Notes: generated by a model from the sequence alone, not told the origin. Positions 17,454 to 28,169 are shown, counted from the stretch's first letter. The stretch is DNA of 64,000 bases from a virus (IMGVR_UViG_2744054962_000001), one strand, 5' to 3'. Numbers and translations: made by a program.

Positions 17454-19562
17454 ATGTCTAAAAAACGTTCCATCAAAGAGGTTCAGGACTTCCGTGACAG
17501 TGTAAAACGAGTAGTCGCTCTCCTTTCAGGTAAAAACATCCCTGTTGCAGAACGAGGGGACGACGCTTATGTACGCTATAACGATGATGGAGAGCCAATT
17601 CTCGTAAACATCCCATCAATCCCGGATAACGCAACACCGGCATTGATGAATGCTGTGCGCGGATTTCTCGATCATGAGGTTGCTCACATTTTGTTTACCG
17701 ATATTCGTGTGTCCAACAAAATGAGAGAAAAAGGACGCGTTCCTTCCTGGTCGCTATGGAATGCCTTAGAAGACGTGTTCATCGAGCGAAAAATGGGTCA
17801 GGTCTTTAACGGAACAAGACGTAATCTGATGGCAACTCAGCGCCTTATAATCGAAAAAGTCTTTAAACCAAAGGCTTCAGAGGCTATTGCTTATTGTGGC
17901 AAAGATCAGCGCGCGCTTTTTCTAAACTTCTTTCTCTGTCCGGTTGTAAGAGCCTGGGATGGCCAAGCACCGTTCGTAGATTTCATGGATGAATATTGGC
18001 CTGTCATTGAGAAACCAATTTCATTATTAAAAGAACATGGTATCGATGTGGCCGTGCGTAACATGTCTTGCACCGAGGATTGTGTAAAGGTGGCTGCGAC
18101 CATAGCTAAGATCCTCAAAGACACTGAAAGTGAAAGCAAAGGTAAGGAGTCAGCTCCGGGAAAAACTTCCGATCCTTCAGACGCTGACCAGACGGATGCC
18201 TCTGGAGAAAACAATGAAGATAACGAAGATCATGAGACACCCTCAGCGTTAGATAATCACAAATCTATCAAATCAGAATCACACAGTAAGCACAAACATG
18301 ATAATAATGACAGTGATGATTTAGATAATTCTGAATCATCAGAAACAATATTCGATGATACAGAAAATGATAAAGAGGTATCAGATTCTGATGCTTCTGA
18401 TAACGCGGCGTCAGAATCATTAACCGCTGACCACGAAAAAAGAAAAACGACAGAAGACGGCTCTTCAGATATTCCAACTCCGTCAAAAATGAGTCTGGAA
18501 GAGGCTTTAGAGGAGCTGGATAGCATAGAAGATGAAGTCGGAGGCATGACAGAAGATGCTCTATCCGAAACGATTAAAAGCGAGTTAACAGAAAGCTCGA
18601 AAAGCGAATACAGGCCATACAATCGCTCATACGACTTCATCGGCTCGATTGATCAGGCAGAAGCCCATATCAAACGGCTTATTAAAACATTCTCCGATAT
18701 TGATTTAGGAGGATGTCCAATCAGCCGCTATCGCATCGTTCCTGAAGGCAACCAGCTCTTCGACAAATATATTGAAAAGCATCTTTCGTCAGGTGTTTCG
18801 TCGACGCTGGCAAAAGACCTGGAGCGAGCAATAGCAAGCAGAAACAGAGTTCAGTTTATACCGGGCCAGCGTCGGGGGCGCATTCATGGTTCTAGTATCT
18901 ACAGATTAGCAATGAATGATGATCGCGTGTTTCGTAAAAAAGAAGAATCTAAAGCCGTTAACGCCTGTGTTCAACAAGTGATTGATTTATCAGGTTCAAT
19001 GAGGGGTATAACGATACAATTGGCTCTTGCAAGTGCATATACCATCGCCGATGCCCTTGATCGAATAAATGTTCCCAACATTATCACCGGCTTCACTACA
19101 TTTGGTAGTCATATGGCGGCAGGAGAACTTAAGGCTGTCAAGTATGAGTTCTCTCGCTTTGAATCTTTAATGCTACCTATCATCAAAAATTGGAATGAAA
19201 AGGTAAATTCTCGCGAAGTTCGCTCACGTATGGGGTGCGTAGGCTACACATTCCCACTTCTTAATAACGTGGATGGTGAAAGCATAGCCAGCCTTGCATC
19301 GTTATTTTCCGGTCGCATGGAGGACAGGAAGATCATGCTTGTTCTGAGCGATGGCGAGCCGTGGGCTGTTGGGAGAGGTTTTGACGCTCATTTGCGTTCG
19401 GTTGCGAAGCAAATTGAAACGCAGACTGACATTGATTTGATGGCAATTGGCATCATGACTGACGCACCGGAGAGATTTTACTCAAATCATGCCCTGGTAA
19501 CGAGCGTTGATAGTCTTGGTTCATCTGTAGTTACTGAACTATCTCGTATCATTTTAAAGTGA
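17454..19562 (+). CDS. CobT-like protein with acidic Ser/Asp-rich linker and C-terminal vWA domain
   Basis: MIDAS-like DLSGSM motif in C-terminal third; long acidic low-complexity middle; upstream of AAA+ CobS-like gene. Confidence 0.55.
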   Translation: MSKKRSIKEVQDFRDSVKRVVALLSGKNIPVAERGDDAYVRYNDDGEPILVNIPSIPDNATPALMNAVRGFLDHEVAHILFTDIRVSNKMREKGRVPSWSLWNALEDVFIERKMGQVFNGTRRNLMATQRLIIEKVFKPKASEAIAYCGKDQRALFLNFFLCPVVRAWDGQAPFVDFMDEYWPVIEKPISLLKEHGIDVAVRNMSCTEDCVKVAATIAKILKDTESESKGKESAPGKTSDPSDADQTDASGENNEDNEDHETPSALDNHKSIKSESHSKHKHDNNDSDDLDNSESSETIFDDTENDKEVSDSDASDNAASESLTADHEKRKTTEDGSSDIPTPSKMSLEEALEELDSIEDEVGGMTEDALSETIKSELTESSKSEYRPYNRSYDFIGSIDQAEAHIKRLIKTFSDIDLGGCPISRYRIVPEGNQLFDKYIEKHLSSGVSSTLAKDLERAIASRNRVQFIPGQRRGRIHGSSIYRLAMNDDRVFRKKEESKAVNACVQQVIDLSGSMRGITIQLALASAYTIADALDRINVPNIITGFTTFGSHMAAGELKAVKYEFSRFESLMLPIIKNWNEKVNSREVRSRMGCVGYTFPLLNNVDGESIASLASLFSGRMEDRKIMLVLSDGEPWAVGRGFDAHLRSVAKQIETQTDIDLMAIGIMTDAPERFYSNHALVTSVDSLGSSVVTELSRIILK

Positions 19563-19657
19563 ACAAAACAGCCTTAACGATAAGTAACCACTTACGATAG
19601 ATAATGATATATTTATATAAGAAGTTGAACGCTCATTAGAAAACAAAGGAAAAACGC

Positions 19658-20893
19658 ATGACTACTACTGCACTGCAAAATGAAAAAAATCCTTCTGATT
19701 ACCTTGTTTGCAAATGGTGCGGAAAATCATTTCACTATTTTAAGTCCCATGTAGCCAATGGTAATTGCGAGGGCATTCCTGAGTCAGTAAAAGATGCCGA
19801 TCCTGACACCGTACTGAAAATGTACACAACACAGTTTCCAGATGAGCCAACGCTATCGAAAAAGGCACTTGATGCAATTCAAGCTAAACGTGCCGAGCAA
19901 AAAAGCGAAATGACCAAATCATCTGGCGTGACCAGTAGCCCAGGCTACACAGGCACAGTTGAGTACAAGACAGATCTGGTCGCAGCTCACGAACTGCTAA
20001 ATGTAACGGTGAAAGAACTCGGAACAAAACGTGGGACGCCGCTCATGGTTAGCGTCAACGTCAATACGCCGTTTCCAGAGTTCGTTCCAGAAGTGAAGAA
20101 GGGCTACGTATATGGCGACTTCGAACTGATCAAAGACATTTTCATGATGCTTGAACTTGGCATACCTGGCTATTTGTGGGGTCATGCAGGAACAGGCAAA
20201 TCTTCATTGCCTACACAACTATGTGCTTTGCTCAATCGTCCGTTAATCCGTGCCCAACATACAGCATCAATGGAAGAGGCTCATGTTACGGGACAAATTC
20301 TGGCGCGTGATGGCTCTACGTATTTCGAGCCTGGCTTGCTTGCGCTCGCAATGAAGCATGGCTGGGTTTACCTCGCGGATGAATACGACTTTGCGTTTCC
20401 ACAAATTCTTGGCGTGTATCAGCCAGTGCTGGAAGGTGAAGCGTTAGTCATCAAAGAGGCAACTCCAGAATGGCGTCGCATTACTCCGCATGAACGGTTT
20501 GCTTTCATTGGCACTGGCAACACGAACGGATCTGGTGATGAAACCGGCTTGTACCAGGGTACAAACATCCAGAACGCCGCGAACTTTTCGCGTTTTGGCA
20601 TCGTTTCGAATGTGAAATACATGAGCAAAGAGGCAGAGATCAACATGTTGATAAATGCCGGTATCGTGGATGAATACGCAGAAAAGATGGTTAAGTTTGC
20701 CGGTATCGTTCGCGATGGATACGAAGAACACCTTATCAGTCAGCCAATTGGCCCTCGTGAACTTTTGTTGTCGGCCAAGATTGGAATGATGCGAGGCGAC
20801 TTTGTGACAGGTATTGAGCGTTCTTTCATTAACAAACTCCCTTCAGCTTCTGCACAAGCGGCTCGTGAAGTTGTTCAAAAAATATTTGGTTGA
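19658..20893 (+). CDS. CobS-like AAA+ ATPase (MoxR-type)
   Basis: Walker A GHAGTGKSS, Walker B-like VYLADEYD, 411 aa. Confidence 0.6.
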   Translation: MTTTALQNEKNPSDYLVCKWCGKSFHYFKSHVANGNCEGIPESVKDADPDTVLKMYTTQFPDEPTLSKKALDAIQAKRAEQKSEMTKSSGVTSSPGYTGTVEYKTDLVAAHELLNVTVKELGTKRGTPLMVSVNVNTPFPEFVPEVKKGYVYGDFELIKDIFMMLELGIPGYLWGHAGTGKSSLPTQLCALLNRPLIRAQHTASMEEAHVTGQILARDGSTYFEPGLLALAMKHGWVYLADEYDFAFPQILGVYQPVLEGEALVIKEATPEWRRITPHERFAFIGTGNTNGSGDETGLYQGTNIQNAANFSRFGIVSNVKYMSKEAEINMLINAGIVDEYAEKMVKFAGIVRDGYEEHLISQPIGPRELLLSAKIGMMRGDFVTGIERSFINKLPSASAQAAREVVQKIFG

Positions 20894-21099
20894 TCGTGCG
20901 TAAAGGATGTTTCGGCTCTCTTATCGCTGCTTCTGAAACTGGTAAGGCTTGTCTGGTATGTCCAGACAAGCCCGATTGTCACCAATCAGCAAAAGAAGTT
21001 GCGATTTCGATGTATGGGAAGTTCGTAGGCTTCCCCAATGACAAAATCAAAAAAACCATAAAGGTAAAAACACATGAAAGCACTGATGGTTCGAACTGA
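20890..21099 (+). CDS. Small Cys-rich hypothetical protein
   Basis: CLVCPDKPDC motif; overlaps both neighbours. Confidence 0.3.
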   Translation: MIVRKGCFGSLIAASETGKACLVCPDKPDCHQSAKEVAISMYGKFVGFPNDKIKKTIKVKTHESTDGSN

Positions 21100-24000
21100 C
21101 TTCTCACTTGGGGAGTCGGCTCTAAAAGCAGAAAACGCGGTGAAGATTGCCAGAGAAGCTGGCTACACCGCTGTAATTTCAGCAGATAGCATGAATATTG
21201 CGAGTGTTATTCCACTACAACGTGCCGCTGGTGACGACATGGCGGTTATTTGTGGTGTGAAACTAAATATCGTTGATGATCCTACATACGAGCACCGGGC
21301 TAAACTTGCTAAAGAATCTATGAGATGTATGGAATCATTAGAGCGGGGACGTAACTACTCGTTTACCGCTCTAATTAAAAATGAGCAAGGATATCGCGAC
21401 ATCTGCGAACTAATGACGGTGGCCAACACACGAGAACAGTTCTACTTTGTACCGCGTCTCTCGCTCGAACAGTTGGTTTCTACATATGCCAAAGGCAACA
21501 TCATCCTGCTCACTTCCGACATCGGTAGCGTGTTCCAACGCAACGATTTTGCAAAAATCATAAGCTCACTGATTACAGCGGGCGGGAAAGACAACTTCTA
21601 TAGCGTGGTTTATCCGCACCCTACCCCATTCTACGACCAGATTAACGTCCGAGCGATGAAAGTAGCCAGCGCACTGAAAATAGAGCCAGTAGCGTTCTAT
21701 CCCGCTTATTACGAATCGATCGACGATGCAGACATTAAAGACATTGCGCACATGGTTACGAACAACATAAAAATCGACCAGCCGCATCGTCTGCGTATCC
21801 CCCACCAGCGAGATAACGCCATCAATGGTCGTCGCCATCTCCTTGAGGCGCTTAAAGCCTTCTCCGTTCGCATGGATGTGCCGGTAACAGCTGCAATGGC
21901 CTCAACAACGCAGGACTCCATTATCGATGCCTGCACATGGCGCTGGCATGAATTGCCACCAGCACTGCCCAAGATGGCAGACGACGAACCTGCAACGCTG
22001 ATGAAACTGGCTGTTGCAGGGCTGCGTAAACGTCTTACCACAAAAGAGTTTGGATACACACCACCTGCTTCTGAGAACAGGGTTTATGTTGAGCGGCTAA
22101 AGTACGAAATGAACACGCTGACTCGCCTGGGATTTTGTGGTTACTTCCTGATGGTACGCGATCTGATGAATCACAGCCGTGAAACTGGCATTCCTGTCGG
22201 GCCTGGTCGTGGTTCCTCTGCCGGTTCTCTGGTGGCGTGGTGCATAGGCATAACCAACGTCGACCCAATCCGTCACGGTCTTCTGTTTGAGCGTTTCATC
22301 AACCCTGAGCGTCTCGACTTGCCGGATGCGGACTTGGACTTCAGCCAGGCACGTCGCCATGAGGTGATCGAGTATCTGAATGAACGCTACGGCGAAGATT
22401 ACGTTGCAGGCATTCCGAACTTCACCTACCTGGGCGCAGCCTCTGCACTACGTGACACCGCTCGTATTTATGGTGTGGAGTCCGCAGATATGGCGGTATC
22501 AAAAGAACTGAAGAACGTCGAGGATGATAGCCTTCCATTGGAAGAGCTGCGCGAACAACTGGCAAGTCTCGACAAATACGCAACAAAATATCCTGATGCA
22601 TTCAATGCAGCCTGCAAGTTACAAAGCCTTATGCGTGGCTTTGGTAGACATGCGGCAGGGATGATTGTAGCAGGTGTTCCTCTGACAGAACGTACACCGG
22701 TTGAGCGCCGTGGTGACGCGCGTTGTATCGCATTTGACAAGCGTTACTGCGAGGCTATGGGCCTAATTAAGCTGGACGTGCTTGGCCTGGCAACTCTCGA
22801 TTTGCTCGATAGTGCAAAACGCTACATAAAAGAGAACACAGGTGAAGATATCAATCTTGATGCCATTTCTCTTGAAGATCGCAAGGTGCTGGATGGTTTT
22901 GCTGCAGGGTATACACAGGGCGTATTCCAGCTGGAGTCCGGCCCCATGCGCAAGCTGCTTAAAGATCTAGGCGGTGGCATTGAGCCAATGAGCTTTAAAA
23001 CCGTTGTCGCCACGACCGCACTCTTCCGACCTGGCCCGATCCAATCCGGCATGTTGGACGACTATGTCTCCGTGGCCAAAGGCTTCATGGCTCCACATTC
23101 AATTCATCCGCGTCTTGAGGAAGTCACCCGGGAGACTAATGGTGTTTTGCTCTATCAGGAACAAATCATGCAAAGTTCCCGAGTACTTGCCGGGTTCTCT
23201 ATGGCCGAAGCAGACGCTCTGCGTTCCGCTATCGGTAAAAAGAACATGGATAAGATGAAAGCGATCGGCAGCGATTTTGTAGAACGAGCACAAGCAGGCT
23301 GGGTGACACTGTCACTCAAAAATGGAGGCACTGTAGAGGTTCACAAACACGCAAAACTGGATTGCTCAGACGGTAAGCGTAGAAGCTACAGCGAGGCTAT
23401 TAGTGACGGCATAGACTACGTGGAGATCGTCTCTGAACAAGAAGGTCTCAGTAAGGAAAAAGCCCAAGAAATATGGGACGCCTTTGAGAAGTTCGGTGGA
23501 TATGCCTTCAATAAATCACACTCCGTTGCTTATTCTTTAATCAGTTATCAGTCTATGTGGTTAAAGACACATTACCCTGCTGAGTTCTTCGCTGCTGCGC
23601 TCACCATTCTGGGCGAGGATAAGCACCAGGGGCTGGTTAAGGATGCGCTGACCTATGGCATTCGCGTATTGCCACCAGACGTTAACGTGTCATCTAACCG
23701 AATCGAGATCCGCACGCTTGAAGATGGCAGCCAGGTGCTGTATGCGCCATTCTCTGCTGTGAAAGGCTGTTCTGAAAATGGTTGTCAGGCAATTATGCGT
23801 GCGCGTGAGAAAGTTGGTGGCAAATTCGAGTCAGTGGCACAATTCGATGAAGCGGTCGAGAAGCGTGCATGTAACAGTCGTGTACGCGAGTCGCTTCATA
23901 AAGTAGGGGCTTTTGCGTCAATTGAGCCAGGCAGTCTGCCAGCAACTGATCCTGAACGACTGCGCGACCAGGCTGAGCTGATGGGCAATCTCATCATTGA

Positions 24001-24580
24001 CGCTGTTAAAGCATCACGTCCGTTCGAAATGAATCCTAAGCGTTCTGCCGAAATCAACGTACTCATGACACGTATGGCGGCTGAAATGGGCTTGGGTGAG
24101 GAGTTGATACGCCCGACTATTGGTATTAAACCCAAAATCATGATCATTCTGGACAATGCGAACGGCAATGACGCTCGTACCGGCTACTTCATGGAGAACG
24201 GATACGACGACTTTAAGGCAAAACTACTGACAGTTGGAGATCTGCGCATGGGCGATCTTTATGTCACGGGTGTTTGTAAGAAGGTTAAGGACAAAGAGAA
24301 AGACTATACCAAAGACGAGATAGGCCAGTTCACAGACTTTATGCGGGAAGAAATTAATCTTGTACGACCAACCTACATTTTGACGTGTGGTAGTCGTTCA
24401 ACCGCACTATTTAACAATAAGAGTAAACCATCAGATCTGATTGGTCGTAAGGAGTACTTCCCAGAGCTTGATGCAACCGTCTTCTACGGATTTAACCCGA
24501 ATATCCTGTACTTCCGACCGGAAGAAGGAGAGCGACTGGAGGCCATTCTGGCTGATATCGCGGAGACAATAAATAAGTAA
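21074..24580 (+). CDS. dnaE: DNA polymerase III alpha subunit (DnaE-type, PHP domain)
   Basis: 1168 aa; conserved blocks GYFLMVRDL, PVGPGRGSSAGSLVAW, LFERFINPER, GYAFNKSHSVAYSLISYQ match bacterial DnaE. Confidence 0.8.
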   Translation: MKALMVRTDFSLGESALKAENAVKIAREAGYTAVISADSMNIASVIPLQRAAGDDMAVICGVKLNIVDDPTYEHRAKLAKESMRCMESLERGRNYSFTALIKNEQGYRDICELMTVANTREQFYFVPRLSLEQLVSTYAKGNIILLTSDIGSVFQRNDFAKIISSLITAGGKDNFYSVVYPHPTPFYDQINVRAMKVASALKIEPVAFYPAYYESIDDADIKDIAHMVTNNIKIDQPHRLRIPHQRDNAINGRRHLLEALKAFSVRMDVPVTAAMASTTQDSIIDACTWRWHELPPALPKMADDEPATLMKLAVAGLRKRLTTKEFGYTPPASENRVYVERLKYEMNTLTRLGFCGYFLMVRDLMNHSRETGIPVGPGRGSSAGSLVAWCIGITNVDPIRHGLLFERFINPERLDLPDADLDFSQARRHEVIEYLNERYGEDYVAGIPNFTYLGAASALRDTARIYGVESADMAVSKELKNVEDDSLPLEELREQLASLDKYATKYPDAFNAACKLQSLMRGFGRHAAGMIVAGVPLTERTPVERRGDARCIAFDKRYCEAMGLIKLDVLGLATLDLLDSAKRYIKENTGEDINLDAISLEDRKVLDGFAAGYTQGVFQLESGPMRKLLKDLGGGIEPMSFKTVVATTALFRPGPIQSGMLDDYVSVAKGFMAPHSIHPRLEEVTRETNGVLLYQEQIMQSSRVLAGFSMAEADALRSAIGKKNMDKMKAIGSDFVERAQAGWVTLSLKNGGTVEVHKHAKLDCSDGKRRSYSEAISDGIDYVEIVSEQEGLSKEKAQEIWDAFEKFGGYAFNKSHSVAYSLISYQSMWLKTHYPAEFFAAALTILGEDKHQGLVKDALTYGIRVLPPDVNVSSNRIEIRTLEDGSQVLYAPFSAVKGCSENGCQAIMRAREKVGGKFESVAQFDEAVEKRACNSRVRESLHKVGAFASIEPGSLPATDPERLRDQAELMGNLIIDAVKASRPFEMNPKRSAEINVLMTRMAAEMGLGEELIRPTIGIKPKIMIILDNANGNDARTGYFMENGYDDFKAKLLTVGDLRMGDLYVTGVCKKVKDKEKDYTKDEIGQFTDFMREEINLVRPTYILTCGSRSTALFNNKSKPSDLIGRKEYFPELDATVFYGFNPNILYFRPEEGERLEAILADIAETINK

Positions 24581-24587
24581 TAAAGAA

Positions 24588-24610
24588 AACCCGCCTGTTG
24601 GCGGGTTTAT
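24588..24610 (+). terminator. Intrinsic terminator after dnaE
   Basis: AAACCCGCC tgtt GGCGGGTTT. Confidence 0.6.
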
Positions 24611-24883
24611 AAAGAATTATGGCGCTTGTTGAGGAAGTCACTCCTCTTACGCACTTTGTTTTGCCATGCCGGCAGTTAGCTTCTGCCTTTGACTATTCAT
24701 GCGGCAACCCCGCATTTCGCCACAATGGGCAATTCACTTTTATGGAATAAACTGGCCGTTGTGTCGATTTAATTAGCATGGCCTTACCATGCTAATTTAT
24801 TCAACTTGTACAATCCTACAAATCTATCCACTCAGGCTTACACCGTCTTCGTTATTGTAGAAATGAGGATCATCAGCGTTGAA

Positions 24884-25099
24884 TCAGCTTAGAGCAACGA
24901 CATTTGCTGCTGCTGGGCCTTTAGCACCATTCTCGATAGAGAATTCGACCTGCTGGCCTTCTTCCAAAGTGCGGAAATTATTACTCTGAATTGCCGAAAA
25001 ATGTACAAAAACATCTTTACTGCCATCAGCAGGAGAAATAAAGCCAAAGCCTTTATCAGAGTTAAACCATTTTACTAAACCAGTCATTTTATTAGACAT
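24884..25099 (-). CDS. Cold-shock protein (CspA family)
   Basis: [21 protein letters not shown]...[10 protein letters not shown] cold-shock domain with RNP motifs; ORF-track N-terminal extension is probably 5-prime UTR. Confidence 0.8.
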   Translation of the reverse strand: MSNKMTGLVKWFNSDKGFGFISPADGSKDVFVHFSAIQSNNFRTLEEGQQVEFSIENGAKGPAAANVVALS

Positions 25100-25403
25100 A
25101 GATATTACCTTCTTAATTTTGTGAGCCACATAGTGCGGCGAGAATTTGATCTGTATAGATTGGGACTTACTTAGGCACTTAAGGAGGAGGCTCACGAAGA
25201 AGGGAAATCAGAAGATAACACTGAACTGAGACTGCTTTACTAAAACTGCTTACATAAGGTCTGTCTTGCAAACCAACGATGCTATTAACGCATACCCCTT
25301 CTTTTCATGCAACCTTTATTTTTCAAAGATAACTAATTTTTGTCACCATTGGTTTAGTAAACGTTAACGAACCAGACGATGCCAGACACCTTTACAGAGA
25401 ACA

Positions 25404-25427
25404 GATGCCCGCCAATTGGCGGGCATC
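25404..25427. terminator. Bidirectional hairpin terminator
   Basis: GATGCCCGCC aatt GGCGGGCATC. Confidence 0.55.
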
Positions 25428-25428
25428 A

Positions 25429-25992
25429 TTATGCGCATTTCGCAATATCTTTGCGGCGTTTAATCAGTTTCTCCGCAATTTGCTCTATTTCGTTGAAATC
25501 TTTCGAGACGCTGTTTCGAAGCGCCAGATTCCATTTACTCAAAGTTCGGGCATTTTGGACAATTTGATCGCCCTCTTTAAGTCGTCCGTTATTCATGAGC
25601 CATTCAGCCACATCAGCCCAATCCCAGAGAGGAGACTGGCCTTTTATGCGTTGTACAGGGCTAGGGAAGTCGCCGCTTCCGCGCTTACCGTCTTTGAGCA
25701 ACGCCACTGCCTGGCGAGACAGGTCTGTCAGTTCCGCGATATCGCTTAAGCCCACAAGAGCCGAGTCGACGGATTCAACAATTGCACCGATACCGGCTGA
25801 TTCAATATTGTCGACCGCAGATGCGATAGCTGCATCAAGTGATTGTGCTTCGCGGTCAAATTCTACATAGACGGAGTTTCCATATGCGCAAATTAGCGCA
25901 TCGTCACAGCCGTTTTGGTACAGCGCGTCTTCCAGTCCTTCCGTCTCATACGATACGCCTGAGAGCGTCAGAGTGAAGTTATAAAGCGCCAT
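25429..25992 (-). CDS. Two-domain protein with C-terminal excisionase-like HTH; possible HicB-like antitoxin
   Basis: C-terminal IAELTDLSRQAVALL...GDFPSPV...LWDWADVAEWL resembles HTH_17/excisionase-type motif; sits downstream of a small gene on same strand. Confidence 0.4.
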   Translation of the reverse strand: MALYNFTLTLSGVSYETEGLEDALYQNGCDDALICAYGNSVYVEFDREAQSLDAAIASAVDNIESAGIGAIVESVDSALVGLSDIAELTDLSRQAVALLKDGKRGSGDFPSPVQRIKGQSPLWDWADVAEWLMNNGRLKEGDQIVQNARTLSKWNLALRNSVSKDFNEIEQIAEKLIKRRKDIAKCA

Positions 25993-26052
25993 AGTTTTCC
26001 TTTGAAGATAGTTGGACAGTTTCTGCAAAAGGCGGCTAATGCCGCCTTGAAA

Positions 26053-26277
26053 TCATTTACAACGATCAACCATTCGTTTGATCTGTTTGGCATGGTTTTC
26101 GGGATTACCCGGAGTCGACCATACGCTCATTTGGTGAGTTTTGTGTTCACCTTCTGGATTACCGCATCGCAGTCTGCAAAAACAATGTGCAGCACCACCA
26201 GCAGCTACCCAGATCCAGCCTTTACTTAATGCATAGTCAATGGCTGCTTGAATATGCTTATTCGGATGTTGCTTCAT
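26053..26277 (-). CDS. Small protein, possible HicA-like toxin
   Basis: 74 aa with GW...GGAAH motif loosely resembling HicA GW..GSHH; upstream of the HTH protein in toxin-first order. Confidence 0.3.
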   Translation of the reverse strand: MKQHPNKHIQAAIDYALSKGWIWVAAGGAAHCFCRLRCGNPEGEHKTHQMSVWSTPGNPENHAKQIKRMVDRCK

Positions 26278-26531
26278 TCGCCTCCGATAATAGTATTCTA
26301 TTCACAGTGTTGACATCTGTCAACGGCGACTGAATTTCATCCGTTCATGCCACACCCCCATCCATCTCATGTATGTGACCTAAAGATGGTCAGCACAGCT
26401 TACCAAAATAAGACAACTAATTATCTTCGGTGATCTCAATATCTTCCCCTGAACAAAGTTGACATGACGCCATAAACCCGTTCTCTGTTTGATATAATTG
26501 ATACAGATTTTATAAGTAGGAACCTATTAGA

Positions 26532-26963
26532 GTGAACACTGATATTTTTTCTAAAATCATGGCCGATCTGGAGTTCGACCGCGACAACCTTGAGGAAGTA
26601 TGGCGTAAACAGCCACGGCTTTTAATGGAGTATGGGTCAAAACTAGCGCAGGCAGATCGAGATGTCGCAGAGGCAAAACTTAACCTTGAAGCTGTTGAAG
26701 CAAAGCTATACGACACAGAGCGTAAGAACTTGAGTATGAACGGCATTAAGTTCAACGAGTCTGTACTGGACGCTAAGGTTAAAACAAACCCACAGTATCT
26801 GTCTAAACGGCAGAAGTTGGATGAAGCACGGCACATCGCAGACATATACAAACATGCTGTCGCCGCCTTTTCGCATCGCCGAGACATGATCGTTCAGGCG
26901 TCGAAGATGGCTATCGTTGAATTAGAGCGATTAGGCTCTGAACGCTTTATTACTCCCCGTTGA
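26532..26963 (+). CDS. Hypothetical protein (GTG start)
   Basis: 143-aa ORF upstream of SSB gene. Confidence 0.4.
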   Translation: MNTDIFSKIMADLEFDRDNLEEVWRKQPRLLMEYGSKLAQADRDVAEAKLNLEAVEAKLYDTERKNLSMNGIKFNESVLDAKVKTNPQYLSKRQKLDEARHIADIYKHAVAAFSHRRDMIVQASKMAIVELERLGSERFITPR

Positions 26964-27080
26964 TTTTTGATAGATAATAAGTAAGTACTGATCTATCATT
27001 TAACAGCTCGAAAGAGCCACGAATGAACGAAAGCCCAACGCGCATAGCGCCATCGGCCAAATCACAACAAGGAGAAACAC

Positions 27081-28109
27081 ATGTCTAAGACATTACTTGA
27101 TTTGCTTAACAAAACTCGTGAAGACATTGCCGCCAAACGTGGTAACAACGTTGATCTGACTCGCTTAAAAGACGGCGTCAACTATATCCGCATCTTCCCG
27201 AATAAAGACGACCCAAACGGTAAGTTCTTCCAGACTTTCGGTATGCACTACGTTAAGTATCAGAACGAGGAAGGTAAAGAAGCAACCAACGCTTATATTT
27301 GTGAGCAACATACTCACGGTCGCGCTTGTCAGCTATGCGAAATGGTGATGGAAGGTCGCGCTCGTCACAAGGGTAACAAAGCAATGGAAGAACGCATCGG
27401 TCAAATGCGTGCCACTCCTCGCTACCTGGTCAACGGCATTCTTTCTGCTCGTGAGGATTTCGCAGATGCTGAGAAATGCCAGTTAATCGAGCTGCCGTCT
27501 ACTGTATTCGATGATATCTGCAAAGCAATCACCGAAGACATCGCTGATGATATCGGCAATCCACTGAGCAAAGAGGAAGGCTACGCATTCCTGATTAAAC
27601 GTACTGGCTCTGGTCGCGATACCAAATATGACGTCTCGCCTAAGCGTAAAGTCTACAAAGGCGATATCGAAGATAAATTCTGGAACACCCAGCATGATCT
27701 GATCGCATACGCAAATCAGGCTGATGAAACTCGTCTTCTGTCGACAGTTCGCACTATGGGTCGTCTGATTGGCATCGCTGCACCAACTGCCGCAGCATCT
27801 GCACCAGCAATTTCCTCAACCGCGAAAACATCGGCTGCGGCACTACCTGGATTTGGCTCTGTCACTGGTCATACAGAAGGAGCGACGGCTGTAGCAACCG
27901 CGCACACACCGGCTTCTGAACCAACCAGTCTGGTTGATGAAGAAATCCTCCGTGCCGTTGAAACTGAATTTAAACCAGAGGCAAGTTCCGCTGCCGTTGC
28001 CGTATCAGTCAAAGAGTCTGAAGCAGTCGCAGCGACATCTGTAGCAACCGCATCTGCGACGGAAGATGAAGGTCTGGATGACCTACTGAGAGAGCTGGAC
28101 TCTCTGTAA
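27081..28109 (+). CDS. Single-stranded DNA-binding protein (T4 gp32-like)
   Basis: Zinc-binding His/Cys cluster CEQHTHGRACQLC and acidic Ala/Ser-rich C-terminal tail. Confidence 0.6.
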   Translation: MSKTLLDLLNKTREDIAAKRGNNVDLTRLKDGVNYIRIFPNKDDPNGKFFQTFGMHYVKYQNEEGKEATNAYICEQHTHGRACQLCEMVMEGRARHKGNKAMEERIGQMRATPRYLVNGILSAREDFADAEKCQLIELPSTVFDDICKAITEDIADDIGNPLSKEEGYAFLIKRTGSGRDTKYDVSPKRKVYKGDIEDKFWNTQHDLIAYANQADETRLLSTVRTMGRLIGIAAPTAAASAPAISSTAKTSAAALPGFGSVTGHTEGATAVATAHTPASEPTSLVDEEILRAVETEFKPEASSAAVAVSVKESEAVAATSVATASATEDEGLDDLLRELDSL

Positions 28110-28125
28110 TCCCATTACGTGACCA

Positions 28126-28155
28126 GTAAGGCGTCTACGGACGCCTTACTTTTTG
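28126..28155 (+). terminator. Intrinsic terminator (GGCGTC family)
   Basis: GTAAGGCGTC tacg GACGCCTTAC followed by TTTTT. Confidence 0.55.
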
Positions 28156-28169
28156 GAAGGAATGTACCG

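Noticed and set aside
24000-24580. C-terminal region of DnaE as a fused uracil-DNA-glycosylase-like domain
   Set aside because: Total length matches bacterial DnaE and no UDG motif is evident; the resemblance was superficial.
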